A stretch of DNA of 56,205 nt, the filler included, from Platydemus manokwari (taxonomy: Eukaryota), in the NCBI GenBank assembly GCA_037951405.1. It is 5 parts of 5 records of this genome, joined end to end, with 100 filler letters (N's around TTAATTAATTAA, not from the genome) between each part and the next. Parts side by side here need not be neighbours in the genome. Positions count along the whole stretch, not along the records: positions 1 to 10,280 come from JBBMOY011149549.1; positions 10,381 to 19,438 come from JBBMOY011306539.1; 3 more parts are not named here. The stretch is one strand, 5' to 3'. Below the pieces are notes generated by a model, which was given only the letters and a program-made list of their open reading frames with translations, made no database searches and was not told the origin of the DNA. The position numbers and the translations under genes were made by a program. Positions 1-13,392 of the stretch are shown here, piece by piece (the stretch's first letter is position 1; each line of letters begins with the position of its first letter).

Positions 1-263
1 TCCCAAATATCCGAATCGGACTAAAATGACTCGACTTAATAATTCTTCTAAAATCCTTTGTCATTCATAAAATTTCCAAAATAAAAATCCCGGATTCCAA
101 TTTATGCTTAATATTTATTGATCTTCTATCCTTGGTTTTAAGCATATTTTGAAAAAAAATGGTAAAAAAGCTACAAATATTTTCCAACCAGAACACAATA
201 TCTAAACAACATTTTCATCATTTTATGTTTGAAAATCTTTAACCATTTTTTCATTAATATATA

Positions 264-999
264 TACCATGTGATTCATAAATCTCCATCTCTAAAACCAA
301 AATAAATCAACAAAACCCAATATAATTTATTCTCACATATTTATACTCATTGATATTAATTATTATTCACTGATTAATGTACTTTATTTCTTATTAATCA
401 GTTGCACTGTTACAGTATGGCGAAAGCAGTTGGTGATGTTAAATTTTTGCTTACGGATAAAGTGTTTATAGTTAGCCATGCAATAGTGTACCAGAGTATT
501 GCCAAAGCTTGCCAAGAATTTCAACAACATTTTAATCGTGCACCACCAGCTATGACAACAGTGTCATACTCGAGACAGAAGTTTGAAGAAACTGGAAACT
601 TACCCACAAGGTTGCTATCAGGATCAAAGGAATGGCAACCAAGATTTCCAGATCTCACGATATTCAACTTTTGGCAATAGAGTTATATTAAAGACTGAGT
701 TTGTGCAATCCATAACAATTATACAAAGCTCAACGAACTTGAAGAAGCAATTTCACATGAATTGATAAACATCAATCAAGAAGTCGTCTGCAAATATTAT
801 TCAAATTTAAGGAAACGATACAATCTCTGTTTGGAGCAAGATGGTGAACATTTTGCACAGTTGCTATGAAATTGCTTATTATTTACCGTCATGTTTTTAT
901 TGTTATTGTGTTTCGTTGTGCATTGAAGTAACTCAATGTATTTAGTTTGTTCTTGTTTTATTTTAGCTTTAGAGAAGGAGAATTATGAATTGCACGGTA
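264..999 (+). mobile_element. Internally deleted Tc1/mariner-type DNA transposon (DUF4817-HTH family) with terminal inverted repeats
   Basis: Left end TACCATGTGATTCATAAATCTCCATCTCTAAAACCAAAATAAA (264-) matches the reverse complement of the right end TACCGTGCAATTCATAATTCTCCTTCTCTAAAGCTAAAATAAA (ending 999), both TA-bounded. Inside, the N-terminal HTH (QEFQQHFNRAPP...QKFEETG) is fused directly to WQPRFPDLTIFNFW (=WPPRSPDL..DFFLW) and C-terminal CLEQDGEHFAQLL*. The DDE core is missing. Confidence 0.85.
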
Positions 1000-3879
1000 T
1001 GCATATATATGTGTGTGTGTGTTAAAAACGATCAATTATATATACTCTGGGTTAAACTTTTAGATTTCCCTTCAATGCTCATTTATTGAAATAGCTGGAA
1101 TTTCAATGGTAAGGGATGCACGTTTGTTTGCTCTCGTTTGATTTTACAACAATGGGTTATAATAAATGTCGATAATAATAGTGTGAGAATAATTTTTGAG
1201 GTTTCAAAATATTTAAACTCTTTTAAACCAAGCTTTATACCTTCTGAAATTGAGAAAAACCTTTACAATTCCTGATAATTGTAAGCTTATGGAAAATTTT
1301 AAAACATCAATCGGGAAGAGCCATTTTAAAATCACGAATTCTGGATTGGTAACGATTTCTCATGACTAAAATGAATAAACTGACATCGCATATTGAAGTA
1401 AATTAATTCAACGACTATTTTCCTAACGAATTAGGAAATTTCTTTATTCACTGATGGAGTTTTTGAGAAAATTTATTTCCTAATTCACACTGTCATGATT
1501 GAGAATTTAATTAAGAAGCTCTGTGACGAATTCTTGAAGAATTCCATCTTCTTAATTATTTGAATCGATTCTGTTTTTTAAAATATTTTTAGACAAGCAC
1601 ATAAAAAAATTTCAAATTATCGAAATTTTATAATTAAAATTCGGACCCTAGTTTAGAGACTTATTCAATGAAATAGAAGGAAAATCAATCCTAATAATGG
1701 TCTGTTGTTGAAGTATGTGATTATAAGCATGAAAGGGATGAAATGAAATTGGAATCATCAGCTCAATTATCAGTGTTTTATAATTCTTTATCATGCTAAT
1801 TGTGGTCAGTGAATACAATTATTTAAGAGGAAAGACAGAAGTTGTAGCTCTTCACCACTGTACTTAAATATGATACCAGATTTGGATGAGTTGTCGATAT
1901 TTTGAATTTAGAGATTACTCCAGAAATGATTCTCATATGAAAATAACAGTTAGGAACATGGTCTTTGACCTCTTTCTAAGTCATAAAAATTGCGAAAGAC
2001 ACGTAAAACATGATGATCAACAAATATGAGAATACAATCCTTTATCTTGTTTTCCAATTTACGATCCAAAATACAGTCCATAACACTCCCAAATGATAAA
2101 ACCAAGTTTATAAATGTCACTTTAATACACTTTAAGTAGAACGAATCTTTATGATTAAAACATTGTATTTCGTCACTATTTTTTTCTCGTCAAATATATA
2201 GGTTGAATTTCTAATGCATATCCTTGAAAATCATACGTGATAGAACAAATCAATAATCAGATCTGAGAGTAGTAAAGGAATCACATAAACATTGCATTTT
2301 AATGACAAAAATTTAAAAATTTCGTGAAATCGATTAAATACGAGAGAATGTTTTTATGCTTTGTAAAATGAATTGTATGAGACCGCAATTTTCACGAAAA
2401 AGAAACTTCTAACAATTCGATTGTCGTTAGAAATAAATCGATCTTCGATACATGAATTGTTGATAGAAATCGATCGATCCATGAAATGGGTTGACAAGGA
2501 TATTATTTTTATTTATTAATCTAACTTTTACGCGAAACGTCATTTCAACAACGAATCTCATTTCAAAAGTAATTTTTATCTTAATGAATCGATCTGTATT
2601 TGATTCGTGTCGAGGTCATACCGGACAAGTTTGCAACCATTTCAATTCTTCACAATCCAATTTATCATTCGAAATCCACAAGCAATATCAACAGTGATAT
2701 CATTTATCAAAACGTATTAAAATTCATTGAGCTCGGATAGAGTTGGATTTTCGCTATCAAAGCAGCTTAAAAATTCAAAGGAAATACAATTAATTGACTC
2801 GTTCAAGGTTAATTGTTTCATACTGAATAGGATTAATTAAAATAAATAATGAAACGAAAAAACTTTTTAAAATTAAATTAAATTAAAAAATTTTCAAAAA
2901 ATTTCCAAATTATGGTTAAAATTTAATTTTATAACTTAAAAAGTAGATTAATATCAATTTATTGTTCTATTTTGATAAGCGTGGGGATTGGAGAGATTTT
3001 CAATTAAATAAAATCTTGTCAGAAATAAATTAATGAGTGCATCTGTGCTACTGAAATGTACGGTAATCAAATATGCTTTTGTTTCTAAGAGCATAATTAT
3101 ATCAGTGATGAATCAAGCTTTCTAATATATGAATGTGATACTTTTGAACTCAGTACTAAGTGACGAAATCCTAAAGTTATTTCATTAATTACTTCTGACA
3201 ATTCTGTAAGACATTAAATCGTTCATTGAAATACCACATTTTATCCAGTATTACTGTAAAAGCCTAAGAAATATGTGTTTAATATAATTAAATTACACAA
3301 AAACTCTTTAATAGAAGGTTATTTTAAAATTTGATTTCATTGGTAGATTTATTGAAATGAGTATTTCTATTCTCTATCAATCCACGTGTAATGACTTCGA
3401 CTCCACTTCTGAAAAAAAAGCTTATTAAATCAAAAAAAACTGGAAAATCTACGAAAATACAAAAAATTCAATGGAAAATTCGAAAATTCGGAATCCCAAC
3501 AAGCTGAACTATGCCGATGACGTCGCTGGTTCAAAAAGGAATCAATCATAAAGGAAACCTACTGCATACAACTTTTAAGTCGAGGCGAGGGATATTCCCA
3601 CAGTCTCGTGAAGAACAATGTTTATGCATAATAAATCTTAGAATTTTTATTTTTTATTTTTTTTGTGAGAATATTGATAAATCGATACTTTTTCCTAACA
3701 GCTTAATTCAAAAAACTTTCATCGCTGCAATTACAGCTCTAGAATGAGAGTTGATTCTTTTGATCACCATTATTTTGACGTATTATTCTAGTTATTCTTG
3801 CTTTCTACAAAATATCTTTCATTGGTTATAGTAAAATTCCACCAAACATGATCGTATTTTTTAAACGCACTGCAGAACC

Positions 3880-4130
3880 CTTATAAACTGGGGCATAGCG
3901 AGGACCATCGTTCTTGAAGATGCATTTATTTTTGCTACTGAGACATTTCGAATGCCTCCCATGTCGAGTAAATTTAAATTTTATTTGCTGAGTAAGTTTA
4001 ACAATAAACTGTTTGTTTTGTTCAAGCTTCTCCGTGACGAGGACATGGCGAAGCCCATTATCCTTGTGGAAATACTAATAAAAGTTATCTTTCCTGTGCG
4101 AACATAAGAAACTACTCGACATGAATGCCA
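3880..4130 (-). mobile_element. Decayed Tc1/mariner transposase fragment
   Basis: Minus strand reads YFHKDNGLRH (cf. FQQDNA..H), followed about 25 codons later by a frameshifted NLNLLDMG (cf. PDLNPLD). Confidence 0.35.
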
Positions 4131-7100
4131 AAGTGATAAAATTTGGAAGATTGAGTAATATTATGTAATCACGAGTTGCTCAAAAAATATTAAACTTCCA
4201 CGTGGGGATTTGATTCAAACAAGCTAGTATATTTCTTTACTAAATCATATTTATGAAAGAGCTACTGATGAATATTCTTTTAAGCATCATGACATATAAA
4301 TTTTGAATGTCATTTTTTATTTTCAAATGAGCTCATAGAAAATGTGAAGGCCCCAGAATACATGCTGAGTTCTGATTTATATTATTATCAATCACGTGTT
4401 ATTGAATATAACCTTGATTTTTCTTTAATTTTTTAAATCCTTTCTACAGTAATTAAAAATTTAACACCCTCTATTTTTAGAACGTATTAAAATAGCATGA
4501 ATTTTGTGAGTATTTGGATTATAATTTTAATCAATTCGCCTGAATAGATCACACATGTTACCATTATTCTTTATTGTAAAATATATTTCTATTGAATACT
4601 GTATTTTATAAGTTTAACTAGCCAATAATAAACAATTATTTAAACAACTTCAACCTTAAACATGATTGAAATACATAATTTAATGTTTAAGGAAATTTAA
4701 ATGATCTTAAACACCACATCTAAGTTAGAATAAATTCCATGTAAAATTAACTTTTCAGCTTACTTTTAACTGGATCATCAAGTTTATTGATAATGTTGGT
4801 CAGACCTTCGTGAAACTTTCCTAAGAATCTCTCATTATTCTCAGTGTGATCCACAATCAACACGTACAGGTCTTTCATTTACAGGCCTTTGTAATCCTTT
4901 TGCATCAAAGGAATCGTGTTCTAAGTACTCGGTCTATTTCTTCTCTACACTTTCAAGAAACATTGAAATTTCCATCTAATTTGGGATATGCTTAACAGAT
5001 CCGCTTAATTATCAAGACCAGTGACGTTGATGTATTATATTCGTTCAATAATTCGATCATTAATACATGTCGAAAGCTGGTAAGTCTTGTGGTGGCTGTG
5101 CTTAAGATGTCTACTTTGCACAAATATTACTACCATGGATTCATAACTACCACAAAATCCGTTTTTTGCCAACTTATTATGAAAGAATTTATTCATATGT
5201 GCAATTCGAACCTTAAACAAGCTTGGAGCCGGCAGTGTGCAAACGTTTTATTAAGCTAAACTTTTACTCATCCAGAACTCGATGGTCCAATGCCCATAAG
5301 ACATGTCGTATACTTGGAACAATGTAGATTGTTTGCCTGTTCTCAGTGCATTCTTGAAAATATTTTGATGATTTATTGGCTTTCAATTTGTTTAGGGACC
5401 TATTAGCTTAACTAATGGAATATTAGATGTTATGGATGTTTTGGGAAAAGTGTTATGACTAAAATAATGATCTATTGTATGACAAGTTTTTAGAGGATCA
5501 TTTATACAAAGTCGTTTTCAACTTCATTAATAATATAAACAAATCATGTCTAACCTTTATTGGATATAATACAATTTTAACTTCTGAACGATTCTGTTAT
5601 CCAATATTTGCAGAAGAAAGTAACTGAAAACAATTTAATTCTAAAGAAAGATCATTTATTTACAGAATTAGCTTTCCTCATCAATGATGCCTTTAATGAG
5701 CTTTATAATTTATTGTTTTACTTGTATTATAAAGTAAATGTGATAATTGCTTTACCATTATCGCATAAAGTTGTGGTCTGTGTGTCAAAAGCTTAATTTT
5801 TTTATCTCATCACTCATTTTACCAGTGACAGTTTCCCTATGATTTGACTTGTGAAGTGTTCATTCAAAGCTTTGTTGCACATGCAGTAAGATGCCAATGT
5901 GAAGCAAGCTATTCCACTCGATGAAAATTACATTCGTATGTTTACACAAGCTGGATTTTAAGCCCATCTAGAAACACACTTAAATAAGATTTGTTTTGAC
6001 TTAAACCGCATTATGGGTGAATAACAAAAATCGTCGCCATCAGGTTGTCATGAACAATCATCAGACTCTTGAAAATATGTTTTGTCTTTGTTGATGAGAG
6101 TGAATAAACCAAATTTCTTTTCAACCTGCACAATAATGTGACAATAAAATCACCATGTTAATTTCTATTTGATCGTAATTATTTTCTAACCAAAAATCGT
6201 AAATTTATCATTTGATTTATTCTAAAATTCTCCTATTTTCATATTTTTATAAATTTTTAAATACTGTTTTTCGTCTCTACACGAATCAAGCACTTTTTAT
6301 GCTTTTAGATTAAAATTTTATCAAGTAAAAGAATTGGGAAATCATATAATAAATAATAAATAGGCCATTGTGCCTGTTTAACACAACCTCTAAGTAGGAA
6401 TTTCTACAAAAATACAATTTCATGTCTTAGGAATTTTATTCCTCCATATAATATACATTTTAGTCTGATTGTCTAGGAATGTGATTAAGTTGTAATCCTA
6501 AAATGTCACGTATCCCACATAAAAATCAAATAATTAACTTAATAATATAATTTTCTTTAATTTATAGAATTATAATCGTTAAACGATTTGATGAGAATTC
6601 AGAAAAATCATCACTGAATTACTTTTCACAGTGACATCGTGTAAGCTGTCATCGTGGAATCATTAAGTGATTTTGTTTTTTTGAGATAGATTAATAAAGT
6701 ACTTTGGTCTTTTCGGAACATTTCTAACATTTTATGATAGAATTGGTTTAATTCATTCAAATCGTTTTCAATGATTTTCCTCCATTTAAATTGCAGAGTT
6801 TCTTGTGCAAATTAGTATCGAAATTGTCATCAGATCAGATTGAACCCGACTAAATGATATTAACAGATGCACTGGAATTTTTCACTCACTGTAACAACTC
6901 TACCATTCCATAATGAATCATGGGAATTAATTGATGAGATGGAAAAAAAAACATTTTAATATGAATTTATACCGATATAAATGGGGTTATGAATAATTTT
7001 TTGTTTAAATCAAAAGGCTTCGTTTGAGACTAGTATCTCACAAAAATAACAAATCACCTTGGAATAATCGTAGTACAACCTTTCCTGTATTCCAATATCA

Positions 7101-9590
7101 TTCACCTTTACACTACTGATGTCATGTAAATGGATTATTTATCATTAAGAAAATTAAAATATCCACTCGCACTTGCTAAAAGCTATAACAACATAAAATA
7201 CACCTCAGTGGAAAAAATCGAATGTTGTGATTACGGATACTGCCGGCAAGGAAATTCACTCCATATTGATTTGCTCTGTTATCCGCATCAAAAGTCGTCA
7301 CGATCAATGGTGTGTGTTTTTCTTAACATGGTTTTGGCCACCGCTATAGTTTAATTTAATCAATAGCGGGAGTATTGAATATCATATTATGAGTTACATG
7401 AGATTTTGAAATACAAGATTTTTACGATGCGCTTAATTAATTCAGTTGAAGGAACTGGCTAATAGTGATTGTGTAATAATTAATAAACTAAATCATTTGA
7501 AGTTATTTTTGCAAGATATTTATAATTTTCTTTCAGGTCTAAACTATTGGCATGATAAATATGAATTATTTATGATCGACACAATAAAAACATATCGATG
7601 GAAGTATTGTAAAAATTCTAATCGTCACCTTTCGGTGGTAATTTTTATCAGATAATCATGAATCGAAATGAATCCGACTGTTTCATAAATGCAATAACTG
7701 TTGACGGTACACATCAATTGTCAAACAATAACTGTCAAAGCCACAGTAAAAAAACAAACCACCACCGTCTGAATTTGATGTGATTAAGAATTGATTTATT
7801 TACTCTCAACCAATTCATCACATTTTTCCAGACATACTCCAATTGGATTTTTCATCATTTTTTTTATTAAATAATAATCTGATTTATTATACTGTTGGAA
7901 TTGACAATTGACGATTGATGATTGAGAGGAATTGTTTTCATCAGTTTTAATGATGGAATATCATTGATTGTTGTCATGTTTGAGGTAAACAAAATTGTGG
8001 ATAAACACAAACAAAACTTTTGGAAAATCCGGACAAGAAAACTTTTATATGGAAATGAAATCGTCTGACAAAATGGATCTGGAATGTGAAATCACACGCA
8101 AAAATGTTGATTAATAATTGGGTTGATCTTAATTAATGGCTTTATTTGTTAGGAAATGGGTATTCAGAAGCTCGTTAAGCAAATAATGGAGGTCATTTGA
8201 TGTCTTTCAATGGGAAATTTATTTCGGCATCTGGCGGTTTTTTATTGGATTTTAGGATTTAATGAATTGGGAGTATGGTTGGGGAATTTATTGATTGTTG
8301 TTAGCAGCAATTTAAATATATTTTGATGATAATTGATATAAATAGATAGATAGATAGATAAAATGACAATACACCAAGTTACTTATTGTATCAACCATTA
8401 CTATCAGGTATTTCGAGTTGTATTCATCTAATTTCAAAAATTACTTTGCATATCCCCAGAAATTCTTTACTCAAAACTTAAAATTTGCCATTTAATTTAG
8501 CTATTTATTTAATTTATAACTGTTGGAAGATGCTATTCGCAATACAATAGGCACAACAGATCAGAGATACTAATTGGAGCGTTATTTCGAAGAATGACGG
8601 TCCATTCCGAGTGCTCAGGGAAAGTTCAGCTATTATTGATAAAACTGTTATTAACGTTAAATTCGGTTCTGGCATACAAAAATACTTTTTAATGTATGAG
8701 ATACGTGGTGATAATAATTTTGAAACCTATCACAATCTTACCTGCCATGACCGGATTGATCGATAAGGTTTAAAAACCTATATTTACGAAATTAATTTAG
8801 ACATTCATATCTTTTTGGTAACATTTCTGATATCATTTTATCAAAATAAAACCCTACTGGATTAGATATTTCCCATTGGTATAATTGGTACGCTGAGATA
8901 TAATTTAATAAAACATGAAAATTTATTTTCATAGCTGTTCAGTGATTGATTTGGTTTCGATTATTAAAATTTATGTAGTTCGATATCTGTGATTTCCTTT
9001 ATAATTGATATCTTGACTGTGGTAGTGTTTAAAATTTGAGTATTGTGAGCCAATTAAATTACTGAGAGTCACAACTACAATCCAGCCTACATGTACCATG
9101 TCAAATATTGGGTAATCATAAGGCCTACTAATGAAATCATGTATAAATTCGCATACTGAATTCAACATTCACCCAAAGTGAATTCAAATATCCAATAAAC
9201 TTTGTTTAAAGCCGGGTAATTCTCACCTGTTGTGCCAAGCTTACTAATTTTTCATGAAGTCGGGATCCAGTAAATATTGAAAATATAACAATAATAATAA
9301 TAATGTAAATCAATAACGGTTTTTTCTTTCCACCAACAAATGAACTGTTGTTTGATGAATTAATCCATCATGTTTGAGTTATATATTATCTATGTTATTG
9401 ATGTCATATCAAAGAAGTCGAGCTAAATTTGAACATTATTACAGATAATAAATACTTTAACAGAAAGATCTTTATTATTTTTTAAATACTTCAAAATATA
9501 TTCCATATTTATTTGCAGCATCTTTCATTGACTTTCTCATTTATCGGACCAATATATGAATAATTTATTAAAAATAATTTATTAACAAGA

Positions 9591-10226
9591 TTAGGTTCTT
9601 CTAAATTTTTTCAATGTTGGCATACATTTCTGCAAAACATAAAATTATTTTATAAATCTATTAAAAACATCCAAGTATCGATTGGAATCAAGAGTCAGAT
9701 AGAGATAGCAGCAAGACAAAAAAGAGCCAAATAAAATGCTTGATAGCAAAATGGTTTTGTGTATATCAAGCCAATACAATCTGAATGACGATATTGTCAT
9801 GTGATAGATGTTATGTAAACATTATCTCAACAAAAAATAATAATAAAAATACTTACTTGAATGAGTCATTATAAACAAATCGATCTATTGTAATCAAATA
9901 TATTTATAACCAACTATTAAATTTGGCAGCAATAAATAAATAAATTATTATTATTGTTATATGGTATTCCAAATTATTTCAACATGACTGAAATCAAATA
10001 ACAGGAAATTAGTTCAAGACGGAACAAATAATAATCAATAAAGGCAACAATATTATGTGGCAAAGACCAACTTATTTTAATATTTAGGATTTTATTTCCA
10101 AAATAATCTTAATAAGTGATTTGGTTTGACCAGATTGTTCTAACGTATCGATAATATTTAATATGTTAGCGCAATGTAATGTAAAATTTGATATAAATGA
10201 TCGATTATTATTATTATTATTATTGC

Positions 10227-10280
<54 letters not shown>

Positions 10281-10581
10281 NNNNNNNNNNNNNNNNNNNN
10301 NNNNNNNNNNNNNNNNNNNNNNNNTTAATTAATTAANNNNNNNNNNNNNNNNNNNNNNNNNNNNNNNNNNNNNNNNNNNNCATATATAAAACATTACCAC
10401 CACTAGTGGGGACAAACAGTACATGTCTCAAACATTATCAAAACTGAAGCGACGAAAATACAAGGTTACAGATCATCTGCAGCAGCATTGCGAAAACCAA
10501 AGGTGGCAGAAAGCACAGCAAACTCTGCAATTTAAAATTAAATCATGATTTTATAATAGAAAACATATACTCGAAACTCAT
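9591..10581 (-). CDS. Small multi-exon single-pass membrane protein (~88 aa), or the 3' part of the adjacent RRM gene
   Basis: Phase-consistent GT-AG exons 10524-10470, 10426-10398, 9884-9857, 9780-9669 and 9629-9591 (TAA) give FAVLSATFGFRNAAADDLHVLFVPTSGDRFVYNDSFKLYWLDIHKTILLSSILFGSFLSCCYLYLTLDSNRYLDKCMPTLKKFRRT*. A possible first exon is ATG-A at 10581-10578. An assembly gap lies in one intron and one acceptor is a weak GAG. Confidence 0.5.
10205..10280. repeat. (ATT)n microsatellite at contig end
   Basis: About 25 near-perfect ATT units running into the N gap. Confidence 0.95.
10281..10380. other. Assembly gap with TTAATTAATTAA six-frame-stop linker
   Basis: N run + TTAATTAATTAA + N run, 100 nt, identical in form to three other gaps. 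Confidence 0.97.
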
Positions 10582-10636
10582 TCTTCAAAAGTGATTTTAA
10601 AAGTAAATAAAGTATATTCGATGTAAAAGCAAATTA

Positions 10637-11436
10637 TTAAAAGAATCTTCGAAATGAAAGAAAATAATTTCAAACTTGCTATCTATACAATTCAGAACAA
10701 TTTCTGATATTGATAAACTAAAATTAAAATAAATGCATAAAATTAGATAAAATTGCTAACCATCAGATTGAAATAAGTTTTATTTTGAAGCATTAACTCT
10801 ATTTCTGGATCAGTAAACTTTAAAAATCGCTCAATATATGACGCTATACATTCTTGTGAAATATATTCATTCAATTTTTGCGTCAATTCTGTAATCATTC
10901 TAATTTTGTTTAATCTCTTTGATAATTCATGAACATCTGATTTCTGCGCAACAATAGGAAAGCGTGTTTGTTCTTCATATTTTACTGCAATGCATCTCGT
11001 TTGTTTTGCACATTCTTCTAAGCTTTCTTTCCAACTGAGTTTTTTTTCATTTTCAAATAAAGTGTCAATGTTTTCTGAGAAAAGTTTTCGTATAAATATA
11101 TATTGTGATGATCTCATATGGCTAATATATTTTTGGGGTTCGTCAATGGGATTACATTTTAAAATAACAGCATAAACATTATGATTGTAAATTATCTTTC
11201 CATTTATATATTGATAAACTTTTTCAATTTTTTGTGGTGGACAACTTATAAAAGCTGTTTTAGAATTATTAAAGTACATAAAATGAATTAGTGTGGTTTC
11301 ACAAACTTGTTCAATAATAGCATTTAGAATTTCTTTATTAAGCCTTTCCGGTATATTAAATACTTGAACTATACCCCCTGCAAAAATTAATTAATTAGAA
11401 TTTGCATTTTTAAAAACCTTACATACAAGTTATCAT
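10637..11436 (-). CDS. Divergent RRM-domain protein (3 exons, ~235 aa)
   Basis: Exon 1 11436-11427 (ATG ATA ACT T|gtatgt), 49-nt intron, exon 2 11377-10761, 43-nt intron, exon 3 10717-10637 (TAA). The N-terminus GIVQVFNIPERLNKEILNAIIEQVCETTLIHFMYFNNSKTAFISCPPQKIEKVYQYINGKIIYNHNVYAV has the RRM pattern: RNP2-like VQVFNIP, RNP1-like KTAFIS and NG.I...V. The 3' end is uncertain. Confidence 0.65.
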
Positions 11437-12879
11437 TATTTTAAGCAAGTATAAATTAATAAAATTCAAACAATTTAAAATTTAATTTTTAACGCATCAA
11501 CTACATTGTTTGTTTTTATTAAAAAATAATTTCAGCGCAAAATTTGAAATTCTGTAAGTATGGCGTAATATCAGGAACTAGATTTTTAATGTTTAATTTA
11601 AGTAAGTAATTTATTTAATTAATAATTTTATCAGTGTTACAACTCTAAAATTCAAATAGTAATTGTATAATTTTTCGAAAGTGTGGAAAATATAAAAATT
11701 AAATGATAAGAACAGAAAAAAGAACATTCTTACAAACACTTACGTGATGCAATATTAGTATAGTAGTGATTCATAGTGTATACAGAACTTGTTATTATTG
11801 TTATTATTAAGTTTTCTAAACTGGTAATTTGGGGTGGGTTTATTTAAAAACTGGGTTACGGTGTTATCCAAATCAGGGTTTAATAAATGAATATCTAGAA
11901 TTCAACAAAAGTCAATAACTTGATAAAGTAACAATTTGTTAAAAACTCCTATTTATTATAAGGAAAACGTGATATACGAAGTATATACAGTATCGATGGC
12001 ACTTCGGTAAATGAAGAGTCCTATTCATTTCATTATTCGAAATATTAAACAATCGATTGAATTTTTTATCCAATTTTGTAATAATTCTAAATTTTAAAAT
12101 TAATATCAATGGCAAAGATAATTATGATAATGATAAAATATACTAGATACTTTTAAGTCAAGGTGGTAGTTTATTAAATTATCATTTTAATTCTTTCTAA
12201 AGTCATCTTTGCTATGTTTGAATATTAATAATTGTATATAATGCATTCAATTAGTTCTATTTTTGAGAATTAAAATTTAAGCTACTTTTAGATTATTTTA
12301 GTTAAATTATATTTACTGTGGTAAAGTCTTACATGTTTTCAAAAAATTTAAATTAGAGTGTTGACTTTTTATTTGAAAATTTTAAAACTGAATTTTATTC
12401 AATAATATAATGAAGAACATTTATAACTTGTAATTTCTGTTTGTTCTTTTGAAGTTCATTATTTTTTATATTAGATGCTACAAAGCTTTTATTATTAAGT
12501 TTCGTAAATAATTAAATATTAGTTCTTAATTATTGGTATCGTCTAATAAGAGGTATTCATTTAATTAAAATTTAAGATACATGCAAACATCGAAAAGTCA
12601 TAAGACTATAAAATACACCAATTATTGTTATATCAACTAGAAATTTATATTCTATCTATTTTATGATTATATTTCTTTGATAACTATATTAAAATTCTGG
12701 TCGTTTATCTTGTTTTAATTTTTATTCCAAGTAAAAAGGAAGTCATATCAAATTTTATCTCTTCTACTTGTCCAGTACCATGGCTTAACTTGATATGTAA
12801 ATAACATGTTTCGTAATAAATATAATTACAATCAATTATTATAATTCACGGTTTAGTATTGCAAAAATGTTCCAATTGA

Positions 12880-12960
12880 AAATAGATGTAAGCACATCAG
12901 GTGCTTACAACTTAGACATAAGTGGTTATTGAAATAGATATTTGGAATGTTTTCAAATCC
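12880..12960 (+). repeat. tRNA-like dispersed repeat, copy A (highly decayed)
   Basis: Contains CACATCAGGTGCTTAC...TAAGTGG...GTTTTCAAATCC, similar to copies at 13308, 17195 and 18772. Confidence 0.45.
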
Positions 12961-13307
12961 AATAAAGTATATGAAAGAAAATTAATTTTTTCCCAAAGCT
13001 TCGATAATATGTTAATAGAAACATTTTCACAGAGATAATTTTATTGATTTTTACGTGAAATGATGGTAGGTGTTCATGTTTAGATTTATTAAAGGTTTTG
13101 ATTTTAAGTGTTTAGGAGCTATGCAATCAATTTTTTTTATTTTTAATTTTTATATAATTTTCCAATTTTCATTATTTAGATTAATTTGCAAAATTAATTT
13201 TAATTAAGAATTCATAATGCATAAATTAAGTTCGTTAAATATTAAACGACTCATTATCACGAGTTTTACAAATAATAGTTTTGTTTTGAGAAATATGCTA
13301 ATAAGGA

Positions 13308-13392
13308 TAGCAAATGCAATCACATCAGGTGCTCACGGCCTAGAAGTGACTACAATGTAGATAAGTCACTGCTTACATTGTTTCAAATTTTC
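13308..13392 (+). repeat. tRNA-like dispersed repeat, copy B
   Basis: AAATGCAATCACATCAGGTGCTCACGGCCTAG matches AAATGCAATTACAACAAATGCTCACGGTCCAG at ~17207. Confidence 0.55.

Noticed and set aside
1200-1480. Penelope-like RT fragment (LKTSIGKSHFKITNS)
   Set aside because: A single short motif with no supporting downstream motifs.
2590-2760. Possible minus-strand first exon MVANLS|gtatga
   Set aside because: No acceptor or coding exon could be joined downstream.
7130-7354. 74-aa ORF with faint Tc1-like HPQK..VWC echo
   Set aside because: Too degenerate to assign; no splice structure.
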